DNA of 64,000 nucleotides, taken from positions 1 through 64,000 of IMG/VR virus record IMGVR_UViG_3300015374_000001. The stretch is one strand, 5' to 3'. The position numbers were made by a program, and so were the translations under genes. Position 1 is the first letter of the stretch; each line of letters begins with the position of its first letter. Positions 17,582 through 27,900 of the stretch are shown here, piece by piece. Origin of the DNA: a virus. The notes below the pieces were generated by a model. The model was not told where the DNA came from, ran no database searches, and saw nothing but the letters and a program-made list of their open reading frames with translations.

Positions 17582-17824
17582 ATGGCTAATTATCGGTACA
17601 CCAGCAACAAGCGTGCGGATGACCAGACTACGCGAATCATTCTTGAAGGATCGTCGTCTGACCCCAAGCGCTACGTTGATCTTGGTGGCGAGATTGAATT
17701 AAGTGATAAGGAAGTTCAGCAGCTTAATAAGCATCATCGCTTAACCCAGGTCGATGAACAGAGCAAATCAGCCGCTTCTGCTGAGGCAGAAGAAAAGCCC
17801 GCGAGTGGTCGCGGACGGAATTAA
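17582..17824 (+). CDS. small hypothetical virion-region protein
   Basis: AGGAGG RBS. Confidence 0.7.
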   Translation: MANYRYTSNKRADDQTTRIILEGSSSDPKRYVDLGGEIELSDKEVQQLNKHHRLTQVDEQSKSAASAEAEEKPASGRGRN

Positions 17825-17843
17825 TAGGGAGGTGAATCAATAG

Positions 17844-18500
17844 ATGGCATTTCTTAGGGGTGCTCAGACTGTTAACTATATCGACGAGGATTCCCTTGGA
17901 TTCGTCCAGGGACCGGCGCGACTTCTTATCGCTCCTGTCGATCAGGCTTGGCCTGATGGCATCGAAGATATCATTAAATTAGTCGATTCACCAGCGGGGA
18001 CGCAGTACGATCCCGTTACTGGATGGGATGAGGGCGGTTTCACTAAAACCGGCATCAACATCGTCCGTAACAACGCTGAGGAAGAGTACGACGTTGACCA
18101 AATTCCGACGGCGGTTTCTTCTCGCCCGACGAACTGGGATATGAACGTTGGTACCCAGCTTGCAGAGGCCACGCTTGAGACTTATAAAATGGCGTGGGAG
18201 CTTGGACCAATTTCTACGGTCACCAAGACCGATCCTCAACCGGATGAGCGTCACGTGGGTATGGGCGCACCAATTAGTTACGTGCAGAAGCGCGTGGCGG
18301 TGCTCTTCCAATTCCCAGGCGGCTGGATTCGCGCATTTGTTTTCCGCGTCTGCCAGCGCATGCCACAAGAGTCGGGCTTCACTTATCAGAAGACTGGCGA
18401 GCAGGTTTCGCTTCCGACCCGTTGGCGTGCTCTCGCTGATACCGCTGTGACTGACGAAGATACTCGCTTCGGTGAGATTTTCGAACAGATTCCTGAGTAA
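17844..18500 (+). CDS. major tail (tube) protein
   Basis: QGPARL...W..GGFT..G...DVDQ...LAEATLE; synteny. Confidence 0.8.
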   Translation: MAFLRGAQTVNYIDEDSLGFVQGPARLLIAPVDQAWPDGIEDIIKLVDSPAGTQYDPVTGWDEGGFTKTGINIVRNNAEEEYDVDQIPTAVSSRPTNWDMNVGTQLAEATLETYKMAWELGPISTVTKTDPQPDERHVGMGAPISYVQKRVAVLFQFPGGWIRAFVFRVCQRMPQESGFTYQKTGEQVSLPTRWRALADTAVTDEDTRFGEIFEQIPE

Positions 18501-18520
18501 TAAATTAAATAAGAGGGTCA

Positions 18521-18620
18521 GTCATTAGGACGGCTCTCGCTTCAGATCCAGACCAATAGAGGCGATTGATGAAGCACGGGAGCTATGACAAGAGAAGGGG
18601 GCCAATGCGCTCCCTTCTCT
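18521..18620 (+). terminator. long interrupted hairpin plus terminator-like stem after tail tube gene
   Basis: GTCAT/ATGAC, GCTCTCG/CGGGAGC, GCTTCA/TGAAGC stacked; then AGAGAAGGG/CCCTTCTCT. Confidence 0.6.
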
Positions 18621-18634
18621 GCGTCTAAAAGCAG

Positions 18635-19159
18635 ATGGCACAGGAAATAGAAATTACATTCGAAGGACTTGGCCATATTTTATTGGCGATTGACCGTGTT
18701 GGTAACCGCAGCAGCCGAGTCTTGCGTAATTACATTGAGCGTGTCGGCCAGACCGGTGCATATTGGATGCGTTTCTATGCACCAGATGGAGAAACTGCTT
18801 TTGCCGGTGGCCGGAGCCTAACTAGCAGGATTAAATCAAGTGGTTCTCAATGGCGTCCGGGTGGTCTAGGTGGGGGCGGAGAATGGGAAGTCGTCACGGG
18901 CGTTCAGCAAGGTGGAGGCCGCTACCCTATTTACGTTAATAGCGGTACAGGTCTTTACCGAGTTAATGCACCTTCTTTAATTCGTGCCAAGCCAGGACGA
19001 GTAATGACTTTCCAGAAGAAAGGCGAGCCACGTAGGTTCGTTAGGTTCACACGAGGGCAAAGGGCGCAGCCGTTCCTGTATCTCTCGTGGCAGCAGGTTT
19101 TACTTTATTCACGTGCGACCACGCACCGAGTCGGCGTCGAGCTACTGCACGGCGTCTAG
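18635..19159 (+). CDS. neck/tail completion protein (HK97 gp10-like)
   Basis: YPIYVNSGTG...GQRAQPFL motif. Confidence 0.7.
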   Translation: MAQEIEITFEGLGHILLAIDRVGNRSSRVLRNYIERVGQTGAYWMRFYAPDGETAFAGGRSLTSRIKSSGSQWRPGGLGGGGEWEVVTGVQQGGGRYPIYVNSGTGLYRVNAPSLIRAKPGRVMTFQKKGEPRRFVRFTRGQRAQPFLYLSWQQVLLYSRATTHRVGVELLHGV

Positions 19160-19183
19160 GCCAGCAAAGGAGGCCGAACAACC

Positions 19184-20014
19184 ATGGAAATCGATACTAA
19201 GCCAAACGAAGAAGTGCAAGAACAAGACGAAGAGGTTACTGATTTTCCCAAAAAGCCTGAGCCCCAGGTGGAGGAAGAGCCCCAGGCTGAAGCGTCTGAA
19301 GAAAAGGGTGATGATCGGCCACAACCTGATCCGACCCACACCGAGGATGAAGTAATTGAATTACTTGATCCGATTGCTGAGAAGAAGTCGTACACGATTG
19401 GCAAGCCGCCCGAGCATGGTGGCAAGAAAAACGAGTACGAGGTTTACACTCAGCAACCGCTTGGCCATATTGATTTACTTAAGTTCTATGCGCTGATCGG
19501 GAATGTCATTTCTGAGTCCATCAAGGCAGGCGGTACGGCTGTGATGGGGATGGATGATGTGTTCGGGCCGGATGCTGGCTCGATTCGCCAGCGGATCGGC
19601 GCTCTCACCAATCAGGATTTAACAGATGCCAGTGGTTTCGCCACAGTGCTGTTCAAGGTGATGGCATTCTCTCCTGATTTCGTGCTGGACTTTAATTGCA
19701 TCGCTCTTGAGGTTCCTAATTCTGAGCGGCAATGGGCACGTGCGGTGATGAGCATGCCTTATCGCCCTGAGGAAGATAAATGGGGACTGACGGCAGAGCA
19801 GAGTCAGGAAATTCTTGAACGTTTTGTTGATCAGAACTTCGAGGATATTCGCCGTTTTTTCGTAGAGAGTCTGCCCGCGATAGCGAAGCGAACGGTTCAC
19901 GCGGAGCGGCGCAGGCAGGAAGCGATGAAGGCGAAGGAATCCAAGCGTCCCGAATCCGAACCAGCGCCATCGAAGCCCTTGAAGCCTACACCTCCTGCCA
20001 CCCCGAGCGAATAG
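19184..20014 (+). CDS. tail assembly chaperone (gpG-like)
   Basis: Upstream of tape measure; contains slippery T TTT TTC at 19855-19861. Confidence 0.7.
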   Translation: MEIDTKPNEEVQEQDEEVTDFPKKPEPQVEEEPQAEASEEKGDDRPQPDPTHTEDEVIELLDPIAEKKSYTIGKPPEHGGKKNEYEVYTQQPLGHIDLLKFYALIGNVISESIKAGGTAVMGMDDVFGPDAGSIRQRIGALTNQDLTDASGFATVLFKVMAFSPDFVLDFNCIALEVPNSERQWARAVMSMPYRPEEDKWGLTAEQSQEILERFVDQNFEDIRRFFVESLPAIAKRTVHAERRRQEAMKAKESKRPESEPAPSKPLKPTPPATPSE

Positions 20015-20445
20015 ATGAAGTCAAGCGTTGGCCATATAATAAATTCATGGCGTTTTATAACGCTATGGTTCGGCGGCAAGCCGTCGAGGAAATGGTGCAA
20101 CGCAAAAACCTCATCGTCGCGGCAGTCCATTCCAATCCTAATTGGGATGAAGAAGGAAACGACAAGGAAGGATTTTTCAAGAACCTTGAGTATGGCTTTA
20201 ATCAAGCGATGGAGTACATCTACCATCCCGAGTTAATTGAACGGGATCGGAAGAAAAAAGAGGAAGTCATCGATTGGAGCCATCCTTTCTGGCAAGCAGC
20301 TAAGCGCAATATCCAACGGACCCATGAACGATATGGGCGACCAAACGATAAGCGTTCGATAATTGATTTAGCTGAGCAAGAAGAAGAAACTAAAGAGCGT
20401 ATAGCCGCAGCCGACAAAATGATCAAGAGCATTGACCAGATGTAA
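19861..20445 (+). CDS. tail assembly chaperone gpT part, reached by -1 frameshift
   Basis: -1 frame is open from the slippery site through ORF 20047-20445. Confidence 0.75.
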   Translation, partial: RRESARDSEANGSRGAAQAGSDEGEGIQASRIRTSAIEALEAYTSCHPERIDEVKRWPYNKFMAFYNAMVRRQAVEEMVQRKNLIVAAVHSNPNWDEEGNDKEGFFKNLEYGFNQAMEYIYHPELIERDRKKKEEVIDWSHPFWQAAKRNIQRTHERYGRPNDKRSIIDLAEQEEETKERIAAADKMIKSIDQM

Positions 20446-23400
20446 ATGAATCCCGACGTTGAGTATATTCTTCGGATCATCCTTCGCGCACGCGATGAGA
20501 TGGCCGCTGTTTTGGCGAAGGCTAAGACAGAGCTTCGGGCATTCACTGGTGAATCAAATAAGGCAGAGCAATCCCTAACCAAATTAAGTAACCGGTTAGG
20601 CGGATTTAACACTCGTCTGCATGCTCTTGGCAATCGGCTCGATGATGTTGAAGGACGATTAAAACGCTTCGGCGATCAGCAGGGACGATTAGGTAATTTA
20701 ACCGAAGCTGTTGTACCAAACATCGATAAGCAAGAGCGTTCTACCCGTCGGCTCAGTGGAGCTACACGAGACGTAGACCGTGACGTTAATGTAGTTTCAC
20801 GTACATTAAATAGATTTGCTAATACGATTGGTTCGACAGGCGACAACATCGCCTCGCTCGATAACCGTCTGCGTGGTATGGCGGTTCTCGGTGCTCTGGT
20901 TTTCTTCAATCAATTAACGAGTGCTGCTATTGGCCTTGGTGGCTCGCTCGTTTCTCTCGGCGGATCTGCTGTATATGCCGGGGGAGCAATCGGTGGTGGA
21001 CTTGTCGCCGGTGTTGCTCAGGCTCTCCCGGCCATCGGCCTGCTAGCTGGTGCGTTGCTTCGTGTCAATCAAGTTTTTGATGCGGTCGGCAAGCTGCAAG
21101 ATGTAAACCTTCAGAAATTCGCCAGGCAAGATAAGGCGGCAAAGAGCACTGCTGATTCCGCAGACACTTTGGCGAATGCTCAAGATGGAGTTGTAAGCGC
21201 ACTACAGAGAGTCAGCGATGCTCAAGATGCTGCTGTTCAGTCTCAGGAAGCATTAAATGAAGCGCGCAAACAAGCCAAGCGTGATATCGAGGATTTGGTT
21301 CTAGCTGAGCGGGGTGCTCGTTTATCTGAAGAGGAAGCTCAGCGGCGAGTTTCTGAAGCTGTACGTGAAGGTAACGTTGGTCAATTAGAACAATTACGCC
21401 TTGATGCAGACGAGGCACGCATTCGTCGGCAGCGTGCGGTACAAGATGCAAATGAAGCTCGCCGCCAAGGTGTTCGTGGTAGCCCCCAGGTTGTCGATGC
21501 ACGGCGCAGTTTGCAAGATGCTCGTCGGCAAGTCACGGAGGCAGAGCAAGCAGTAGTTAAATCTCAGCGCGCTGTCGATACTGCTCGTCGTGGAGCACAA
21601 GCCGCAGCTAAAGATACATTTGCTGCTGCTGGTGCTCTTCAATTCATGCTTCAACAAATGTCGCCAGCAGAACGGCGTTTGTATGAAGCAAGCCGTCGCA
21701 TTCTCAGGACATTTAATACTGATTTCCGTGGCGTCACTGATGTAATAGTCGATTCGTTCACTCGTGGAGTAAATCGAGCAGATCAGATCCTTCAGCGGCC
21801 AGATGTTCTTCGTTCTGCTCAGCGTTTAGCTAATCAATTGGCAAGGCAGATGAATCGTGTTTTCGATTCATTTACTTCACCGCGCCAGCTTCGTCAGTTC
21901 GAGCGGATCACCAAGGATAGTCGAGAGAATCTTGAACCGATAGCAGATATTGCAATTGATATCGGCCATGCGTTTGCCAACATTGCTGAGTTTGCTGGTC
22001 CTGCGCTTAGCAAATTCCTTGAGTTCGCAAAAGAATTAGCTCAAGACTTCCGCGAGCTTACCGGCAACCGGGAAGAGATGGAGAGTTTCTTCCTGCGTGG
22101 AGAGAAACATCTTGAGGCTTGGGTAAAACTTGCGCTGGCTGTTGTAAATCTATTCGCTGCTTTAACCGGCGCGAGTGCTGGTACGGGTCTTCGTACCATC
22201 GAAGATGCTACTCGTGGAATAAATGGATGGGCCGAGAGCCTACGCAAGAACGGCAAGGAAGCTACTCAATTCTTTGAGGATGCTCGTCGCGTTACCTATG
22301 CGCTTTGGGAAGTAGTTAAAGCTGTAGGAGTTGTTTTCTTCGAGATTTTCCAGGCCAATGGCGCTGATAGAGTCGAACAATTCGCCAAGTTATTTGAAGA
22401 AACACTTGTTCCAGCGATTGCTCAAGCTGCCGATGTTCTTGGTTTCTTCACAGATATTCTTCTTAAATTCCTAGACATTCCTGTCATTGGTGATTTAACT
22501 AAGTATGCTGTTACATTCTTGCTTGTCGCCAAGGCAGTTACAGGATTGTCGGCTGCTTTTGCTGGTGCGCTTGGTCTTACTTCGCACTTTGTCCAATTAA
22601 TAGATCTGTTCCCTGGCATGAATCGTGGCCTGGGAACGATGGGTACTCAGGTCAGCGGATTACGCGGGTCTTTTTCTACTCTTGGCGCTGCAATTAAAAC
22701 AGCTTTTACTACCCGCAGCTTCACGCCGCTGCTTGATTTTCTTCGTGGCTTGCCTGGCCGAATTCGTGGAGCCCGTACAGCAGCATCAGAGGGAACGGTA
22801 GTTAGCAGGACTGGCAGGACTCCCCCGCCTGTAGCTGGCGGACGACGGCCTCCTGCTGCTGGTACACGCGGCGGAAGATTCGGCGGAGTAGTTGCTACTG
22901 GTGGCGGTGGAATTTTCAGCGCAGTTGGTGGCACTATCGCTCTGACTGTTGGATCAATTATTGCCACCAAGATCGTTACTGATTTAATGACTAGCAAAGA
23001 GTCATTCTCTCAGCGACCGCAGCGGCTCACTCCACAGTTACAACGACAAGCGCGTGAGAATAGAAGTAAACCGGATCAGATTCTTGAAGATATATTCGGG
23101 GCTCAGGCTCGTACTTTGTCTGAGGCGATTCGACCAGGGTTCTTTGAAACCGCCTTTGGTTTATTTAATGACTCTGGCAAGGCTAACAAATTAGCTGACA
23201 ATATTGAGGGCATCGAGAAAAAGGTACGTCGGCTTCAGCAAGCTGGCGATCTTCCTGGCCTGCGGCGTTTAGTTGAGCGCATTCGTAACATGGGCGAAGA
23301 AATCGGTGGTGGCCGTGGTCGTTTGCTCGATAACTTCGCTGACACTATTGAGAAAATGGCGATTAAGGGTACCGAAGGGCTTGAGAAGCTTCGGTCTGGA

Positions 23401-26400
23401 TTCCGCCGCCTCAGGCTTGGTTCTGACACAAATCTCGAGGATTTAAAGAAAACAGTCAATGCCAATATTGCTTCGATATCGGCCAACATGGGGCTTCATT
23501 CCAAGGAAGGCCAAGAAGCTCTTTCCAAGAACTTTGATTTAGCATCAAAGAATATCCGTAGGATGATGCGTAATGGCACGATCAGCACATCTGAGGGTAT
23601 GCAAGAAATTCGCCGTCTGCTGAGAGTGCAGTCCAAAGCAGGCGTCGATGCCATGTCGAGCAGTTTCCTTTCTGCTCAGAACACCATTGCTCGCACGATG
23701 AGCAATGCCGAAGGATTAACTCGCAAGGGAATGCGAGCGATGCGAAAGCTCATGGCTGAGCAAATGCGTGGTTTTGGATTTAGTGAAGAGCAAATCCAGC
23801 GTTCCTTGCGTCTGACTGATGCTGGCGAGCGTCGTGATCCGCTTACAGGTAAATCACCTGAGACTCTTGGCGGTCACGCTGGCGGTGGTTGGCTTGGTAT
23901 GCGCGGTGAGCGCGGAGCCGATGGTACGGCTGGCATGATTAAGGGTCATCCTGTCGGCCGTGGCGAATTAGTAATTGCCAATGGTCCGCAGGCCGGTGTA
24001 ATTGATGCTGCTCTGCATGCACAGTACGGCTATGGCATCGATGAGCTACATAGGAAAATACGTGGTGCTCATGCTGGCGAGCTTCCTCAAGGCTTTGCTC
24101 GTGGTGGAGATTTGTTTGACGGCCACCCCTCTAATGTCTCGCCGGGTCTTAAAAAATTAATCGCGGTGATGAAGGGACGCTGGCCTGGCCTTGGAGTTAG
24201 TTCAACTACAGATCACTCAGTAAATACGACTTCAGGAAATCGTTCTGACCATACGCCCGATGCTTCGGGTGTCGGCCATGCGGTTGACCTTTCTTCTCCT
24301 GATTACGCTTACATGAACGCGGCGGCTCAGTGGGTTCGGCTTTCTGGTTTGTACCGCCAGATTAAGCAAGGTATTCATAACCCGAACCTGGCGATTCAGG
24401 ATGGACAAATTCAAGCGCCTCCTGGCCGGTTTGCTGGCCATACGTGGACTGAGCACCTTGACCATATCCATCTTGCCATTGCTGGTGCATTAAATACGAA
24501 GCGCGTTAAGGGTGGACGGTTCGCTGCTCGTGCAGCAGGTACAGTTGCAGCGACTATTGCAGGGATCAAGCGCTTGCAAGTTGAGGGTACTGGCAAGGAC
24601 AGCGCACTTGGACAAATTACTCAACGCGGCCTTGATGTAGTTCGCAAGGCAGCCAATCGTCGTCTTCGTAGTCTTGCTGGTGAATTTACTCCCGGTGGCG
24701 GCACAGTTCTGCATGGGTCAGGAAATGTCGAGCGCGCATTTGCTCAAGTAGCCAAGCGACTTTCTACTTCTCGCGTTGCAACGCTGGCGCTTGGTGAAGC
24801 TGGCTTTGCTGAATCGGGAATGACAGACTCGCCTGGCGGGGATCGTAGTTCCGAAGGTTCTTTGCAATTACTTGCATCTACAGCGCAGGGTCTAGGCGTA
24901 GATCCACATGATGAAAAAGCTGTTGCCTCTCTGTTCCTCACACGAGGATTTTATGGAAGAGGCGGTGCCAACCAACTTGCGCGTCAGGGCTTGCCTGCCC
25001 ATATGGTTGCTCAGAGCACGCAGGGATCTGCATTTGCTGATGGCTCGAACTACAAAGCTCAAGAGGGAAATGCTCGCGCCTGGATGAAGCGCTATGGTCT
25101 GGCTCTCGGTGGCAGGATACGTGGATTTGCTCAAGGCGGGCAAATCGATGGTAACAAAAAGGGCGATGGTCAGCTTTTCCTTGGGCACGTTGGCGAATGG
25201 GTATTAACTGAGCGTCATCAGGAATTACTTGCACGTGCGCTTGGTTTAACTAGAGAAGCAATTGCCAAATTACTAGGGCTAGGCGTTGGTGGAGAAGAAA
25301 TTGGTGGTGGCGGCACCAAGCGCGGCGGAGTAAATCAAGCTGCATACGCTGGCGATAGCCTCGGTGTAGGCACTACTCAATTCGGTGGTCTTCGTGGACG
25401 GCTACAAGGCGTTAGATTATTCTCAGCAGTCCAAGGTGGTAAACCTTCAATCTGGGGTGTCGGTCAATTGCGGCAAATGCTAGGCGATCATCCTGGCATA
25501 GATGTAGGTGTGCTTGACATGGGCACTAACGACGGGACCGCTGCGGGTAATTTAGCTGGTTCAATCAATGCAGCTAAACGGATGCTGCGCGGGAAGCCAT
25601 TGGTCATGGCTACTATCGTTCGTGCTGCAACAGATGCAGCAGCAAAAAATCGTTTAATTCGCAACCGTGCTGATCGTGTAGTTGATTGGGCACGAATAGC
25701 TGGCCCTTATGTGCGCGGAGATGGAATTCATCCAAATACCGCTGGCTACAGACGGCGTGCTTCTATGTTTGCAGGAGCTATTCGTGGATTCGCTGGCGGT
25801 GGAATCATCGGTGGCTTTGGACCGAGCACCACTTCTGGCCCCAGTGGTCGTGGGTCTTTTTCGAATAGTAATGTTCCTTTCGGACCATTATTAATTGATA
25901 GTAGTTTCGTTCGCACAGAACTTCGTTCAATCACGAAGGATCTTGGCGACTTCATGCGCTTCGTCTTCAAGTCTGCCAGCGCGGTCACTGAGTCGATTAA
26001 ATCGATGCGCAGTGACCAGAATGAGATTGAGCGGCTGACGAATGCGATCCACAATTTACGCAAGGGCGATGAGAATCAACAGCAGCGGCGAGCGATCACG
26101 CAATTCACTAATCGCTTAAACAAGATCAAAAATCGCCAAGATGAATCATGGAAGCTCTACCAGCTTCACCTAGAAGGATTAACCGGTGATAATGGTTTGC
26201 TTCAGCAGCAGCAAGATGCGCTGACAGCATTTGCAGAAAATCTTGCTCGCCGTACTTTGTCTGCCACATTTGTTGGTGGCCGTGGCGGTCGTGTCACTCG
26301 TGCATTAACTGATGAGCAGGTTTCCCGTCGAGAACTTCGTGATTTAAGGACTCGTCTACCGCGCGAGCGTACTTTCCTGCGCCGGTTGGGTCGGGCCGAA

Positions 26401-27900
26401 GATGAAACTCGTGATGTAACGATGGCTGAGCAGCGTGTGGCGGATCGTTCTGAGCGCCAAGCTAAGGCAGTTGAAAAAAGGATTAAGCGGCTTCAGCGCG
26501 GCGAGGAAGACAAAGATCAAAAGAACAAGATCAAGAATCTTCAAAATGAGCTTGCTGATATCCGGCGCACCGGTAGTGAAGCTCAAAAGCGTGCCGATAC
26601 TTCGCGTGCCGGTCTAAAGAATATCCGTGATCGCATGCTGGCACAGCAGCAGTTGGTGGCTGAGCTTCTGCAATCTATTTGGGAAGCCCAAGTCAATGCT
26701 CAGCAGGCCATCGTAGATAAAATTAATCGCAATGCCGAGCGTGCCAATCGATTTGTAGATGCCGTACAACGTCTGGCTGATCTGACTGGCCGTGAAGATT
26801 TGTTCCGGGCTTCTGCTCAGGGTGGCCGTTCGGTAATGCAGAATCAAATAAGCCAATTGCAACGGCAGCTTTTCTCGGCCCGCAAGATCGGTGCCAACGA
26901 TTTAGCTGATCAAATCGAAGACCAGATAGCGGAGTTGCAGACGGCTATAGCTGATTCGATTCAGCAGGAATTGCGGGATGCGGCAGACAGGATCAACAAC
27001 AGGGCTCAGCGTAGGCTTGGTAGGCTCGATTTATTTGAGCGAATGGCACAAGCCCTTGGCACGGTTGGTCTACAAGGTGGAGTTTCTGTTGGCGGTGAGA
27101 CATTATCTCGTGCCGCAGTTTTCCAGCAGCGGCAAGCTGCACTTCAGCAGCAACGTGGCGAGCTACAGGGATTAATCTTCAGTGCTGGTAGGGCTGGCAA
27201 CTTGCAATTAGTTCAAGATCTGACCGATCAGCTTGCTGAGCTAGATGTAACTATCAAGGAAAATACTGCGGCGTTCTTCGATGCGCGTGTTGAGGAAGTA
27301 AATCAGCGAGCGAGCTTCAAGCTCAGCATCAATGATCTGAATAAGCAAGTCGTGGATCTGACCGGCCAAATCTCTGGCCAGGTAAATCAGACTGAGCTTT
27401 TACGTCTAGCCCAAGAGCGCGGGAATATTCTCGGTGAGCAGCGTGGATCACTTGAACAACTTCTGGCTGAGGCTAGGGCAACAGGTAATCAGCAAGACAT
27501 AAATGATCTGACGCAGGCATTACTTGAGAATCAGGTTGCTGTCCTGCAAAACACTGTCGCTATTAATGAACTTAATGGCACGGCTAATGAGCCACAGACA
27601 TTTACTTCAACTTCGTGGCAGTGGTTCCGGCAAGCTCTGTTCACTGGCCTTGGTCAACCGCTTCCTCAGTATCAGATCCCTGGTGCTGCCAGCGGAGCGA
27701 TGATCACAAATTCCGGCCTATTAATGGGTCACTCTGGCGAATCTATCCGGCCAGCTACGCTCTCCCGCCCGCGCTGGAACGCAATGGACAATCAGGGTGG
27801 AAATACCTTCATGTTCGATATTACGGAACAGCCAACAGAAACCGACTACGAATTCCTTGGCGAAACAATTGCGCGCAAGGTCAAGACAGCAGGTGTTTGA
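20446..27900 (+). CDS. tape measure protein with embedded peptidase-, lysozyme- and SGNH-like domains
   Basis: 2484 aa, helical Ala/Gly-rich with TM-like segments and FAxGG repeats; synteny. Confidence 0.92.
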   Translation: MNPDVEYILRIILRARDEMAAVLAKAKTELRAFTGESNKAEQSLTKLSNRLGGFNTRLHALGNRLDDVEGRLKRFGDQQGRLGNLTEAVVPNIDKQERSTRRLSGATRDVDRDVNVVSRTLNRFANTIGSTGDNIASLDNRLRGMAVLGALVFFNQLTSAAIGLGGSLVSLGGSAVYAGGAIGGGLVAGVAQALPAIGLLAGALLRVNQVFDAVGKLQDVNLQKFARQDKAAKSTADSADTLANAQDGVVSALQRVSDAQDAAVQSQEALNEARKQAKRDIEDLVLAERGARLSEEEAQRRVSEAVREGNVGQLEQLRLDADEARIRRQRAVQDANEARRQGVRGSPQVVDARRSLQDARRQVTEAEQAVVKSQRAVDTARRGAQAAAKDTFAAAGALQFMLQQMSPAERRLYEASRRILRTFNTDFRGVTDVIVDSFTRGVNRADQILQRPDVLRSAQRLANQLARQMNRVFDSFTSPRQLRQFERITKDSRENLEPIADIAIDIGHAFANIAEFAGPALSKFLEFAKELAQDFRELTGNREEMESFFLRGEKHLEAWVKLALAVVNLFAALTGASAGTGLRTIEDATRGINGWAESLRKNGKEATQFFEDARRVTYALWEVVKAVGVVFFEIFQANGADRVEQFAKLFEETLVPAIAQAADVLGFFTDILLKFLDIPVIGDLTKYAVTFLLVAKAVTGLSAAFAGALGLTSHFVQLIDLFPGMNRGLGTMGTQVSGLRGSFSTLGAAIKTAFTTRSFTPLLDFLRGLPGRIRGARTAASEGTVVSRTGRTPPPVAGGRRPPAAGTRGGRFGGVVATGGGGIFSAVGGTIALTVGSIIATKIVTDLMTSKESFSQRPQRLTPQLQRQARENRSKPDQILEDIFGAQARTLSEAIRPGFFETAFGLFNDSGKANKLADNIEGIEKKVRRLQQAGDLPGLRRLVERIRNMGEEIGGGRGRLLDNFADTIEKMAIKGTEGLEKLRSGFRRLRLGSDTNLEDLKKTVNANIASISANMGLHSKEGQEALSKNFDLASKNIRRMMRNGTISTSEGMQEIRRLLRVQSKAGVDAMSSSFLSAQNTIARTMSNAEGLTRKGMRAMRKLMAEQMRGFGFSEEQIQRSLRLTDAGERRDPLTGKSPETLGGHAGGGWLGMRGERGADGTAGMIKGHPVGRGELVIANGPQAGVIDAALHAQYGYGIDELHRKIRGAHAGELPQGFARGGDLFDGHPSNVSPGLKKLIAVMKGRWPGLGVSSTTDHSVNTTSGNRSDHTPDASGVGHAVDLSSPDYAYMNAAAQWVRLSGLYRQIKQGIHNPNLAIQDGQIQAPPGRFAGHTWTEHLDHIHLAIAGALNTKRVKGGRFAARAAGTVAATIAGIKRLQVEGTGKDSALGQITQRGLDVVRKAANRRLRSLAGEFTPGGGTVLHGSGNVERAFAQVAKRLSTSRVATLALGEAGFAESGMTDSPGGDRSSEGSLQLLASTAQGLGVDPHDEKAVASLFLTRGFYGRGGANQLARQGLPAHMVAQSTQGSAFADGSNYKAQEGNARAWMKRYGLALGGRIRGFAQGGQIDGNKKGDGQLFLGHVGEWVLTERHQELLARALGLTREAIAKLLGLGVGGEEIGGGGTKRGGVNQAAYAGDSLGVGTTQFGGLRGRLQGVRLFSAVQGGKPSIWGVGQLRQMLGDHPGIDVGVLDMGTNDGTAAGNLAGSINAAKRMLRGKPLVMATIVRAATDAAAKNRLIRNRADRVVDWARIAGPYVRGDGIHPNTAGYRRRASMFAGAIRGFAGGGIIGGFGPSTTSGPSGRGSFSNSNVPFGPLLIDSSFVRTELRSITKDLGDFMRFVFKSASAVTESIKSMRSDQNEIERLTNAIHNLRKGDENQQQRRAITQFTNRLNKIKNRQDESWKLYQLHLEGLTGDNGLLQQQQDALTAFAENLARRTLSATFVGGRGGRVTRALTDEQVSRRELRDLRTRLPRERTFLRRLGRAEDETRDVTMAEQRVADRSERQAKAVEKRIKRLQRGEEDKDQKNKIKNLQNELADIRRTGSEAQKRADTSRAGLKNIRDRMLAQQQLVAELLQSIWEAQVNAQQAIVDKINRNAERANRFVDAVQRLADLTGREDLFRASAQGGRSVMQNQISQLQRQLFSARKIGANDLADQIEDQIAELQTAIADSIQQELRDAADRINNRAQRRLGRLDLFERMAQALGTVGLQGGVSVGGETLSRAAVFQQRQAALQQQRGELQGLIFSAGRAGNLQLVQDLTDQLAELDVTIKENTAAFFDARVEEVNQRASFKLSINDLNKQVVDLTGQISGQVNQTELLRLAQERGNILGEQRGSLEQLLAEARATGNQQDINDLTQALLENQVAVLQNTVAINELNGTANEPQTFTSTSWQWFRQALFTGLGQPLPQYQIPGAASGAMITNSGLLMGHSGESIRPATLSRPRWNAMDNQGGNTFMFDITEQPTETDYEFLGETIARKVKTAGV

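Noticed and set aside
27615-27899. N-terminal extension of the Dit ORF
   Set aside because: Overlaps tape measure; ATG 27900 in a TGATG overlap is the natural start
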